From positions 2,176,001 to 2,240,000 of the forward strand of contig CBDETY010000003.1 of the NCBI GenBank assembly GCA_965243025.1: a DNA stretch of 64,000 bases, read 5' to 3'. This DNA is from Candidatus Latescibacterota bacterium. Its GTDB lineage: Bacteria > Latescibacterota > UBA2968 > UBA8231. A program made the position numbers and the translations under genes. Below, piece after piece: positions 1 through 10,400 of the stretch (its first letter is position 1; each line of letters begins with the position of its first letter). The notes below the pieces were generated by a model. The model ran no database searches, was not told the origin of the DNA, and saw only the letters and a list, made by a program, of their open reading frames with translations.

Positions 1-276
1 GACGAAGGTCGGAACATTGTGCATTTGCACAGGGCCGACGGCGTTCCAACCGTGGTTCCTGAGGTCGTAGACAATCAGGTCGAAGTCCTCGGCAAGCAGC
101 GACCAGAAGGGATAGTAGAGGTCGATCGCCAGACCGTTGCCGTGGCTCAGAACGAGCCGCTGCCCTTCGGGGTTTCCGTGGCGGCGCAAGGTAATGGCCG
201 TGTCACCGTCCACCCGGACATCGCAGGTGGAAAGCGGCTCGGGTACATCCCAGACCGGTTCTGGAGTCGAGGTCAA
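1..276 (-). CDS. Alpha/beta hydrolase (SupD/SupE-like), N-terminal part; runs off the window edge
   Basis: Not in the ORF track. Manual translation from TTG at 276 (TTGA overlap with the PPTase stop) gives MTSTPEPVWDVPEP...RLVLSHGNGLAIDLYYPFWSLLAEDFDLIVYDLRNHGWN, with the HG oxyanion motif and the DxRxHG motif of alpha/beta hydrolases. Its position matches the published sup operon layout. Confidence 0.8.
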   Translation of the reverse strand, partial: MTSTPEPVWDVPEPLSTCDVRVDGDTAITLRRHGNPEGQRLVLSHGNGLAIDLYYPFWSLLAEDFDLIVYDLRNHGWNAVGPVQMHNVPTFV

Positions 277-1007
277 CGGGAATCCGGATCCAGTTCGCAA
301 GCGATGGCAGCCGCGAAACTCTCGTTGCCGAGATCTTCCAGCCGCCACCTTACGGCCGGCACCTCAGGGAACCGGAAAATACTCGTCCTCTTTCCGTGGC
401 GCATGGCCAACGGGATCTCCAATCGGGACATGTCCAGGGAAAGCCCCAGACCCAGCGCCTTGATCAATGCTTCCTTCATGGTCCAGAGATGAAAGAACAA
501 GTGGAGCTTGCAAGATCCACGCGCCAATGCCAACTCGGCTTGCTCCGCCGGCCCTAGCACCGCACTGATCAGTTCGTCGAGATGACGGCGGGGGCCGCGT
601 TCCTCCACGTCCACACCCAGCCGTCCCGCCGCCGCCAAAGCGATCAGGCCGTGCTCGCCGCTGTGACTGACGTTGAAGCTGACGGGTGCGGCGGCTCCAT
701 GTATCAGCGCATACGGTTTTCCGTGCGCCGAGGCGCCGAAACCAAGCTGCTCGTTCCGGCAACCGAGCCTGCCGCAGAGAACGGCGCGGAGCGCCGCCCT
801 GCATAAAGCGAACCGGCGCCGCGGACCTTCGTGCCGGTATTGTTGCCAACGCGACCGTTCCTGCCCATCGAGCCACCCCGAGGCCTCGGCTTCGCGGGCA
901 GCATGGGGCGTCAGATCGACGTGCAGTACCGAGGCATCGCCGACTTTCCTGAACGGACGCCACCAGCACTCGGCAACGGAACCAGGCATATGTGCGGCCC
1001 GCCACAT
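273..1007 (-). CDS. supC: Sfp-type 4'-phosphopantetheinyl transferase (SupC-like)
   Basis: Motifs GKP, FNVSHS, LGVDVE and WTMKEALIKALGLG; lies directly downstream of the ACP and PKS. Start may be at 989. Confidence 0.9.
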   Translation of the reverse strand: MWRAAHMPGSVAECWWRPFRKVGDASVLHVDLTPHAAREAEASGWLDGQERSRWQQYRHEGPRRRFALCRAALRAVLCGRLGCRNEQLGFGASAHGKPYALIHGAAAPVSFNVSHSGEHGLIALAAAGRLGVDVEERGPRRHLDELISAVLGPAEQAELALARGSCKLHLFFHLWTMKEALIKALGLGLSLDMSRLEIPLAMRHGKRTSIFRFPEVPAVRWRLEDLGNESFAAAIACELDPDSR

Positions 1008-1096
1008 GGAAACGGCGGCTTCCCAACCGGCCGTGTCGGCCCGACTGGAAAGCCGCCGATTTCGATCAGCGGACCCCCTTCCTTATCGAAGGCCGT

Positions 1097-1348
1097 TCAG
1101 CCAGCCTGGGAATCGATGAGTTCGACTACTTCCTGCACGCTTTTCAGCTCCGTGCAATGCTGGGCCGTAAACGTGATGTTGAACTCCTGGGAGACCAGTT
1201 TCGCGAAGGCAACGAGATCCGTGGAGGGAACGCCTGACTCCATGAGGCTGAAGTTCAGGTCCTCGGGCAGATCCAACGGCTTGCCATCTACTTCGAGGTT
1301 TTCGCTTATGAGGTTTCTGAGGCGATCTCCGGTCGAGGCCATCTTCAC
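1097..1348 (-). CDS. supB: Stand-alone acyl carrier protein (SupB-like)
   Basis: 83-aa acidic protein with LMESGVPSTDLV (phosphopantetheine Ser region) and an ACP-like C-terminal helix (SVQEVVELID), between the PKS and PPTase. Confidence 0.8.
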   Translation of the reverse strand: MKMASTGDRLRNLISENLEVDGKPLDLPEDLNFSLMESGVPSTDLVAFAKLVSQEFNITFTAQHCTELKSVQEVVELIDSQAG

Positions 1349-1434
1349 TTTCCTTCCGCAAGGGTGATGGTGGTTTTGGCATGCAGCCGCGAAAGAAATA
1401 AGGACAGGGGGAAAGGCTGGTCAATCGACTGCAT

Positions 1435-4400
1435 TCAACCCCCGGATGCGGTCTGCGCATCGATCCAGTGGCGCCGGCGCTGGAACGGATAGCCCGGAAG
1501 GGAGATCCGGCGCCGGGTCTCTCCGGCGAACAACCCCGAAAAGGAAACCGCGAGCCCCGCTTCGTACGCCCCTGCGACCGCCGACACGAAGGCCTCGTCA
1601 CATTGCGAATCCCGCCTCAGGCTCGACAGCGCAACCGGTGCCCCGGGGCTGCCCCCCGAAGCGTGGGATCCGTTCCCATCGGCTTGGCGGCCATCTCCCG
1701 GCTTCGGCCAGGCCCGGGAAAACATCGGGGCCAGCACCGCATCCGGGCCGATCTCCAGGACGGCCTGCACACCCAGCCCGGCCAGCGTCTCCGCGCATCG
1801 GTCGAAAGCAACCGGCTCCTGCCCCGGCCGTTGCCAGTACCCCCGGTCCAGCCCGTCCGCGTCCAGCACGCGCCCCGTAACACTGCTCACGAAGGGAAGG
1901 GAGGGCGGTGAGATCGCGGTGGCCTCGAGCACCGCTTCCCGGCCGTTCCGGTCCGGGTCGGTCGCACCCCGCACGGCCGCAAGCCGCAGCCCCTCCTCCA
2001 GGCCGAACACCCCCGCTGCCTGCGCTGCCGCAAGCTCCCCGGGACCCTGCCCGACCACCGCGCCCGGCCGAATCCCCAGGCTCGACCAGAGGGCCGCAAG
2101 GGCGCACTCCAGCGCGTAAACGGCAGGCTGAGCCCTCGCCGGGTCCTCCAGGGCGCCCTCCGACCCGGCGCGGCCGAACATCGCGTCCAGCAGAGAAGCG
2201 CCCCGTTCATCCTGCAGTACCGAGTGGCAGCGGTCGAGAACCGCCCGCACCACCGGCTCGCTTTCGTACAGCTCCTGACCCATGCCGGCCCAATGGCAGC
2301 CTTCCCCGGTGAACACGAACGCCGCCTTCGACGCGGCGAGGGGTTGCGGCCGCTCCTCCGCCTCCGCGAGCGCCTCCAGCCCCTCCCGCAGCGACGCGGC
2401 GCCGCGGAAAACCACCGCCGCACGGTGGTCGAAATGGCTGCGCCCCGCGCCCGCGGTCCAGGCCATGTCCGCCAGCACAGTGTCCGCGTCCCCTTCCCCA
2501 TCCCGCTCGTCGAGCCACGACAGGTAGCGCCCCGCCAGCTCCTGCAGCGCCCCTTCCGCTTTCCCGGACAATGGAAGGATGCGCGTCCTGCGCGTCCCTG
2601 ACTCCCCTTCCCCGGGCAGCGGCAGGTCCGCCAGCGGCTCCGGCAGGGAAACGCCTACGGGTAGGGCCGGACCGGAAGCGAGGGACTCCCCATCCGGTCC
2701 GGCGCCGTTCGCTTCTCCGTACCCCTCGACCACGACGTGGGAGTTCGTCCCCGAGATCCCGAAGGCGCTCACCCCGGCGCGCCGCGGCCGTCCGGGATGG
2801 CTCGGCCAGTCGGTCAGGTCCGACACCACCTCCACCGGGAGCCGGTCCCAGTCCAGGTGCGGGTTCGGTTCCTCAAAGTGCAGGTTCCGCGGAATAATCC
2901 CCCGCTTCATCGCCAGCACGGTCTTGATCAGGCTCGCCACCCCGGCAGCCGGCTCCAGGTGTCCGATGTTGGTCTTCACCGAGCCGATCAACAGCGGGCG
3001 GTCCGCTTCGCGTCCCCTGCCGTATACCGCTGCGGCCGCCTGCACCTCGATCGGGTCCCCGAACCCGGACCCGGCCCCGTGCGCTTCGAGGTAGTCCACT
3101 TCCTCCGGGACGACACTACCCCGGGCGAGCGCCTCCTCGATCACCCGTTCCTGCGCCGGGCCGTTCGGCACCGTCGGTCCGGCGGCCGCCCCGTTCTGGT
3201 TGACCGCCGACCCGCGGATCACGCCCCAGATGCGGTCGCCGTCGGCCTCGGCCTCGCTCAACCGCTTCAGGAGGACTACTCCGCAGCCCTCACCCCGCAC
3301 GAAGCCGTCCGCGGCGGCATCGAAAGCCCTGCACCGACCGCTGGCCGACAGCAACCCCAGCTCCGCCATCTCTCTGGTCAGCTCGGGCGACAGGACGGCG
3401 TGCGCTCCTGCGGCCAGGGCCAGGTCCACCTCTCCCTGCCGCAGGGCGGAGACAGCATAATGCACCGCGACCAGCGACGAAGCGCAGTTGAGCTCCACCG
3501 GTATCGTCGGACCCTCCAGACCCAGGGCGAAGGAAACCCGCCCGACCGTCATGCTTGCGGCGGTGCCCAGATAGCTGACGCCGCCTCCGGTCATCAGGTC
3601 GCGGTATTCGCTGGCGGCAATGCCGGCATACAGCCCGGTGCGGCTGCCCCGCAACCGGTCGGGGTCCATCCCCGCATCATCGAGAGCCTGCCAGGTCGTC
3701 TCCAGCATCATCCGCTGCCGCGGATCCATCAGTCGCGCCTCGATCGGGGCGATCCGGAAGAATCTCGAGTCGAACTGTTCGATCCCCTCCACGAACCCGC
3801 CCTGGCGGTAGGCGGCGTACTCGGACGGCAGGTCTTCGGAAAGGTCTTTCCAGGAACCGGAATCACCGCGTCCGTCCGTTACCGCGTCCGCACCCGTTTC
3901 GAGCTGGCGCCAGAAAGCCGCAATATCCGGTGCCCCGGGGAACCTGCAGGCCATGCCCACGATCGCGATGCCGTCCTCTTCCTCCCCCCCCGGCACCGCC
4001 GGCAGGGGCTCCGGCACGGGTTGCGGACGAGGGGCGGGGGCACCGCCGGCCTCGCCGAGTTCCCCGGCCAGGTGACTGGCGAGAGCGGCGATGTCCGGGT
4101 AGTCGAAAACCACGGTGTTGGGGACCACGTACTCCTCGGCAAAGGCGCGGTTCAGGCGGTTCCGCAACTCCACCGCCATGAGCGAATCCATGCCCAGGTC
4201 GAAGAACCCCACTGTGGGCTCCGGGGGGCTCGTCAGCCTCAGCACTGCCTGCACCTCCTGCTGCAGGAAGGAAACGAGCAGTTCCTCGCGTGCCGGGGCC
4301 TCCCGCAGCCGGGACAGCAGGTCCTCCGACGAGGCCGGGGAGTCGGCTTCGTCGGCGGGAACGGACAGCAGGTCCTCAAGGAAGGCGGGACGGTCCTCCA

Positions 4401-7400
4401 CCGCCTCTTCGAACACCGACCAGTCCATCGACATCACCACGGAAGTTGTGGTGTCCTGGCGCACCAGCTGGTCGAATGCCTGCATACCCTGCTCGGGGGT
4501 GAACCAGCGGCCTCCGAGCGCGGTTCGCTGCCGGTCGATCCGGTCCCGTTGTTCGGCGGCTTCGCCGATCTCCGACCACGCTCCCCAGGCGATGGCCTGT
4601 CCGGGAAGCCCCATGGCGCGGCGGTGGCCGGCGAGCTGGTCGAGAAAGGCGTTGGCCGCGGCGTGGTTCGCCTGGCCCGGATTGCCCATGACGCCGACCC
4701 GGCTCGAAAAGAGGATGAAGAGATCCAGATCGCGGTCCTCGGTCGCCCGGTGCAGGTGCCAGGCGCCCAGCACCTTCGGCCAGAGCACCGTTTCGAACCG
4801 CTCCCAACTCTGGTTGGTCAGGGCGCCGTCCGACAGCACGCCCACGCTGTGGACCACTCCGCCGAGCGGCGGCAGCGCCGCATCCACCCTCGCGAGCATT
4901 TCATCTATCGCGGCGGCGTCGGTCACATCGGCGAGCTCCACCTGTACCGTTACGCCCCGCTCCCGCAGGCGGCGGACAGCCTCCTCTGCCTCGGCATCCG
5001 GTGCGCGGCGTCCGTTGAGCACGATCGCCCCGGCTCCGCGGTCTGCGAGCCAGCCGGCCACGGCGCATCCGATCCCGCCCAGGCCGCCGGTCACCAGATA
5101 GGTGCGGTCCTGCCGCAATCGGCCCTGCCGGAGCGGCGGCGGCGTCACGACGATCTTCCCGAGATGCCGGGCCGAGCGCATGAAGCTCAACGCCCCCCCG
5201 GCTTCGGCGAGCGGCCACCTGCTGTGCAGGATCGGTTTCAGCTCTCCCGCCGAAAGGCGCTCCACAACCTGCCGCAGGACTCTTCCCACCCACGCCGGCT
5301 CGGTTTTTTTCAGGACATCCAGCTCGAGGATGGAGTAGGACACATCCGGACGCACCGCCGCCATCTCTTCCTCGCTGAGGATGTCCCGCCTCGCCATCTC
5401 GACGAAGCGGCCGCCCTGCCTGAGGCAGGACAGGCTGGCGTCGATGAAGCCCTCTCCCGTCAGGCTGTTCAGCACCACGTCCACACCCTCGCCGCCGGTG
5501 GCTTCGAGGATCTCCCTTCCGAACGCCGTCTGGCGGCTGTCGAATATCCGCTCCACCCCGAGCGACCGCAGGTACGCCTGCTTGGGGGCGCTCGCGGTGG
5601 CGAAGACCTCAGCTCCCGCCGCCTGAACCAGCTGGATGGCCGCCAGGCCGACGCCGCCGGCGCCGGCGTGAATCAGCACCCGCTCGCCGGCCTCCAGCCC
5701 CGAGAGCTCGAAGGAAAGCGCCGCCGACACGAAAGCGCTCGGAACCGTGGCAAGTCCGGAGACGGAGAATCCGGATGGCGCGGGCGCCACCAGCTCCTCC
5801 CGCGTGACCATTTGCGGCCCGAACGCACCGAACCCCAACCCGACCACATGGTCGCCGACCGCCGCGGTCGACACCTCGGAGCCCACCTCGACGATGTGGC
5901 CGCACATCTCCCTGCCCAGCAGCCCCTCCTCGATGAAACCGAGGGACCGGAACACGTCCCAGAAGTTGAGCCCCGCCGCCTCCACCGCGACGCGAACTTC
6001 CCCGGGCTCGAGGGCGGCCGCCGGCAGCGGGTGGACGTACGGTCTGTCGAACACCCCGGCCGGGTCCGGAGCCAGCACCCAGTCCGGCTCCTCCGGCAGG
6101 GACAGACGCTCGGATTCGGCGCCGGCCCGGACCAGGCGCGCCACCTGACGGCGCCCCGATCTGTAAGCGATGTGGTTTTCCGGGTCGGGATTCAGGAGTT
6201 CGGTGACGAGATCGGCTTCCGGGGCCATCTCCCCGGGGTCCAGATCGATCATCCTCGGCTGCAGGTGGGCGGCTTCCCGTGCCACCGCCTTGCCGAAGCC
6301 CCAGAGCGTTGCCCCGGCGAGCTCACCGCCGCGCTCCCGCTCCAGCACCTGCGCGCCCCGGGTGACCATCCAGAGGCCGTTGGCCGGGACCACGTCGGAG
6401 TCGACGACGGCCTGCACCAGCGCCAGCGCGCTCGCTCCGGCTCGTCTGACGTCCTCCGCCATTTCCCCGGTCGCGGCATGTGCGCCGTGACCGTCCAGTC
6501 CCGCCAGATGCACGACGCCGCTGAGCGGCACGCCGTCCGGCAGACCGGCCAGGAGCGACTGCCACGACTCCCTCCGGTCCATTTCCACGCCGGTCCTGAA
6601 AACGCCGGGGCCGGCCGCTTCGGGCTTCCCGTCTTCCGGCGCTTCGCTGCCCGCCAGCACCACCGTCTGGCTCCGCGCCGCCAGACCGGCGGCCAGCTTC
6701 GCCGCCAGACCCCCCTGGTCCGCCGCCAGGACCCACACGCCGGCGGGCTCTTTCACCTGCGCCGGCCCCCGGGCCACGATAACTCCCTTGTCCGGCGTCC
6801 GGGACGGATCGGACTCGTCCGGTCCGAGAACCTCCGCAGCCTCGAAGCCGGCGTCGCCGAGGGCCTGCCGCCATACCGCCGGGCTCGCCAGGGCGTGGTG
6901 CGGACGGTAGCCGTCGGCGAACCGCCACCAGCCGTCCAGCTGGCCGAAGGTCAGGTCCATCCAGCCCAGGCCGCTGAGGTTCTCCAGCGCGATCAACTGT
7001 CCCGACGGCGCCAGCAGGTCGAGGCAGTGCCCCAAGGTCTCCTCGAGGTACCGCGTCGCGTGCAGCACGTTGGACGCGATCAGCAGGTCGTAGCCGTGGG
7101 AGTCGAAACCCTGGGCGATCGGGTCCTTCTCGATGTCCAGCGGACGGTACTCGATCGCCTTTTCCCCGAACCGCGCCTCCGCTTCGGCAAAGAAACCCGC
7201 GGAGATATCCGTGTACACGTAGTCGAACCTTCCTTCCGGAAGCTCCGGCAGCACCGACGCGGTCGCCGATCCCGTTCCCGCCCCGACCTCGATCACCCTC
7301 AGGCGCCGTCCCTCGGGCAATGCCGCCACCAGCGCCCGCACGGCCTCGGCCAGCATCCGGTTCGCCGCGCGCGCCACCGGTGCCTTCAGGTAGAGATCCG

Positions 7401-10400
7401 CGGCGGTCGGTTCCCCGCTGCTGAACAGGAGGGTAAGCGGGTCCTCGCGGCCGCGAAGGACCTCTGCCAGGGCCTGGCCGGAACGCCGGAACAGCCCGAT
7501 CTCGGTCAGACCGTGGGGGTGCAGTTCCTCCAGCCGGGATGCGAACTCCTCGAGATCGCCGGGCATTTCCTCCGGCAGCGGATCGTCCGGCCCCACCACC
7601 ACCAGGAACCGGTCGCCCGCCTCCTCCAGCACCCCTGACCTGGCGAGCATTTCGAACATCCGGCGAAACACGCGACTGTGCTCGGGAAGGACGTCGAGCT
7701 GTTCCCGCAACGCCTCCGGGTCCACGGTCTCGCCCGCCCGGCGCTGCCAACCCAGCTCTTCCAGGGTCGCCAGGGCGCGGGACCGCGACCATCGCTCGAG
7801 GTTCGAAAGCAGGGCGTCCCGGTCCCCGGGATCGACCCCGGCGTCGGCCAGGTAACCGGCGAACAACTGGGAGCCCTCGGCGACGGCTGCCGGACCCGGG
7901 AAGAAGTCCGCGGGTGTCATTCCGGGTGGAAGCCCGCGCTCGCGCCACACCACCTCGTACAGCAGGTCCTTGACTCCCTGGACCGCCGAGAGCAGCGCCT
8001 CCCGGGTCGCCCTCTTCACCGTGTACCCGCTCAGGCGGCCGAGGGGCATTCCGTCCGGGTCGTAGATGCGCAGCTCGCCGCTCAGCACCTCCGCAGGCTC
8101 GCCGGCGCCGGTCTCGGCGTCGGCGGACGCCTCGCTCAGGCGCACGTGGCAGACGACCCGGTCGGGCAGCGGTCCGGCCAGCCACAACCGCTCCCAGCCG
8201 AACGGCAGGTACGTGGCCCCGCCCTCGGTCCCGGCCAGGTTGCGCGCCGCGCCCACGACCTGGAAGCAACCGTCCAGCACGAGCGGATGGACGTCGAGCC
8301 CGTGCCCGGTCAGGGTTTCCGGCAGGGTAATTTCGCCCAACGCCTCCCCCGGGCGGGCCCAGGCCCTCCCGAGGGTGCGGAAAAACGGACCCAGGTCGAC
8401 CCCGGTGCTCGCCCGGTGGCGGTAGTAACCCGCCACGTCCACGGGCGACAGGCCGGCCTTGAGGCTTTCCAGATCGATCCGCCCACCCGCTTCCGGGTCG
8501 GATCCCCCCGGCCCCAGACGACCTTCCACGTGAACGGTCCATTCCCCTTCACTCCCCCTGCTGAAGATCTGGAGAGAGCGCGGCGAGGCCGGCTCGGCGG
8601 AATCGAGCACGACCTGGACCTTCCTGCCGTCACCCGTTCCGTCTTCTTCCTCCTCCTCGAAGACCAGGGGGTTGTGCAGCTGCATCTCCTCGACGACCAC
8701 CGGCCCGCTCTCCTCGAGGAGCGACGCCGCGCAGGCCATGGCCCCGTAGAGGGCGCCGGGAGCAACGATCCGGCCGAACACCTTGTGGTCGTTCATCCAG
8801 GACGGATCCGAGGGGAACAGTTCAGTCTCAAAGGCGATTTCGCCCTGGGCGGACTCGTGCCGGGCACCCAGCAGCGGGTGGCCGGCGCTTCCGGGACGGC
8901 GTCTCGGCAGCTCGATCCAGTGCCGCTCGCGCTGGAACGGATAGCTGGGCAGGGAGATCCGCCGCCGCGTCTCCCCCGGGAAGAGTCCCTCGAAACGGAT
9001 CGGGAGCCCCGCCTGGTACGCCCCGGCGACCGCCTCCACGAAACCGTCGGGACTCCCGGACTCCGCTGCGTCGTCCGGCGGCGGGCTCAGGCTCGACAGC
9101 ACCACCGGGGGCGGGGCCTGCGGCGACTGCGGCCAGGAGGAGGCCGCCATCGGAGCCAGCACCGATCGCGGACCGATCTCCAGCACCGCGTCCACACCGA
9201 GATCCGCCATCGCCTCCACCCCCCGGGCGAAAGCCACCGGCTCCCGGGCATGCCGCCTCCAGTAAGCCCCGTCCTGCACCTGGCCAGGTTCGACGGCTCG
9301 CCCCGTCAGGTTGCTGACCACGACAAGGGATGGCGGCTGAATCGCCACGCCGTCGAGGGAGGCTTCCAGCTCGTCGAGGATGGGCTCGACCAGGGCGCTG
9401 TGGAACGCGCGGGTCGTGTTCAGCCGCCGGACCCGCACTCCCTCCAGCTCGAATCGCTTCGAGATCGCTTCAACTCCCGCAACCGGGCCGCTGACCACCT
9501 GGTGGGTACCGTTGTATCCCGAGATGCTCAGCCCCGGGCCGGAGGAAGCCGCGTTCACCTCCTCCACCTCCGGGGCCACGCGCTCCGGCGGAGCGAAGAC
9601 CGCGGCCATGCCGCCCTCCTCCATCCGCGACATCAGCGCACCCCGTTTGGCGGCGAACCGCATCCCGTCTTCCAGGGCGAACACCCCTGCCGCCTGCGAC
9701 GCTGCGAGCTCTCCGATGCTGTGTCCGACGACCACGCCGGGGCGGACGCCGAGACTCGACCAGAGCGCCGTCAAGGCGCACTGCAGGGCGTACAGGGCGG
9801 GCTGCTCCCACGCCGTGTCGCCGAGTTCCCCTTCTCCTCCTGCCAAGCCGAACATCACCTCCAGCAGGGACTCCCCTCTCTCCTGAAGAACGACCGCCTC
9901 GCAGCGGTCCAGAACCGCCCGCGCCACCGGCTCGCTCTCGTAGAGCGTCCGTCCCATGCCGACCCACTGGCTTCCCTGCCCGGTGTAGGCGAACGCCACC
10001 CGGGCCGGTGCCCGCGGCGACGGACCCGCGTCCACCTCCACCAGCCCGCCGAGACGCTCCCGCAGCGAATCCGCGTCGTGGAAGATGACGCCGGCGCGGT
10101 GGTCGAAGTGGCTCCGGCCGACGCCCGCGGTCCATGCCATGTCGGCCAGGAGCGGCGGCAGCCCTCCGCCCTCGGGAGAGAGCTGGTCCGCACGTTCGTC
10201 GAGCCAGGACAGGTAGCGCTCCGCCAGGTCGCCGAGGGCGCCCTTCGACTTGCCCGACAGCGGCAGGAGACGGGTCCGGCGCGGCTCGACCTCCCGCTCC
10301 GGCAGCGGCAGGTCCCCCACGGTCGCCGGCAGCGAAACCGCCACCGGCTTCCCGGAGCCGGCAGCCCACGGTTCGCCAGCGGGCGCAGCGTCCGGGCCGC

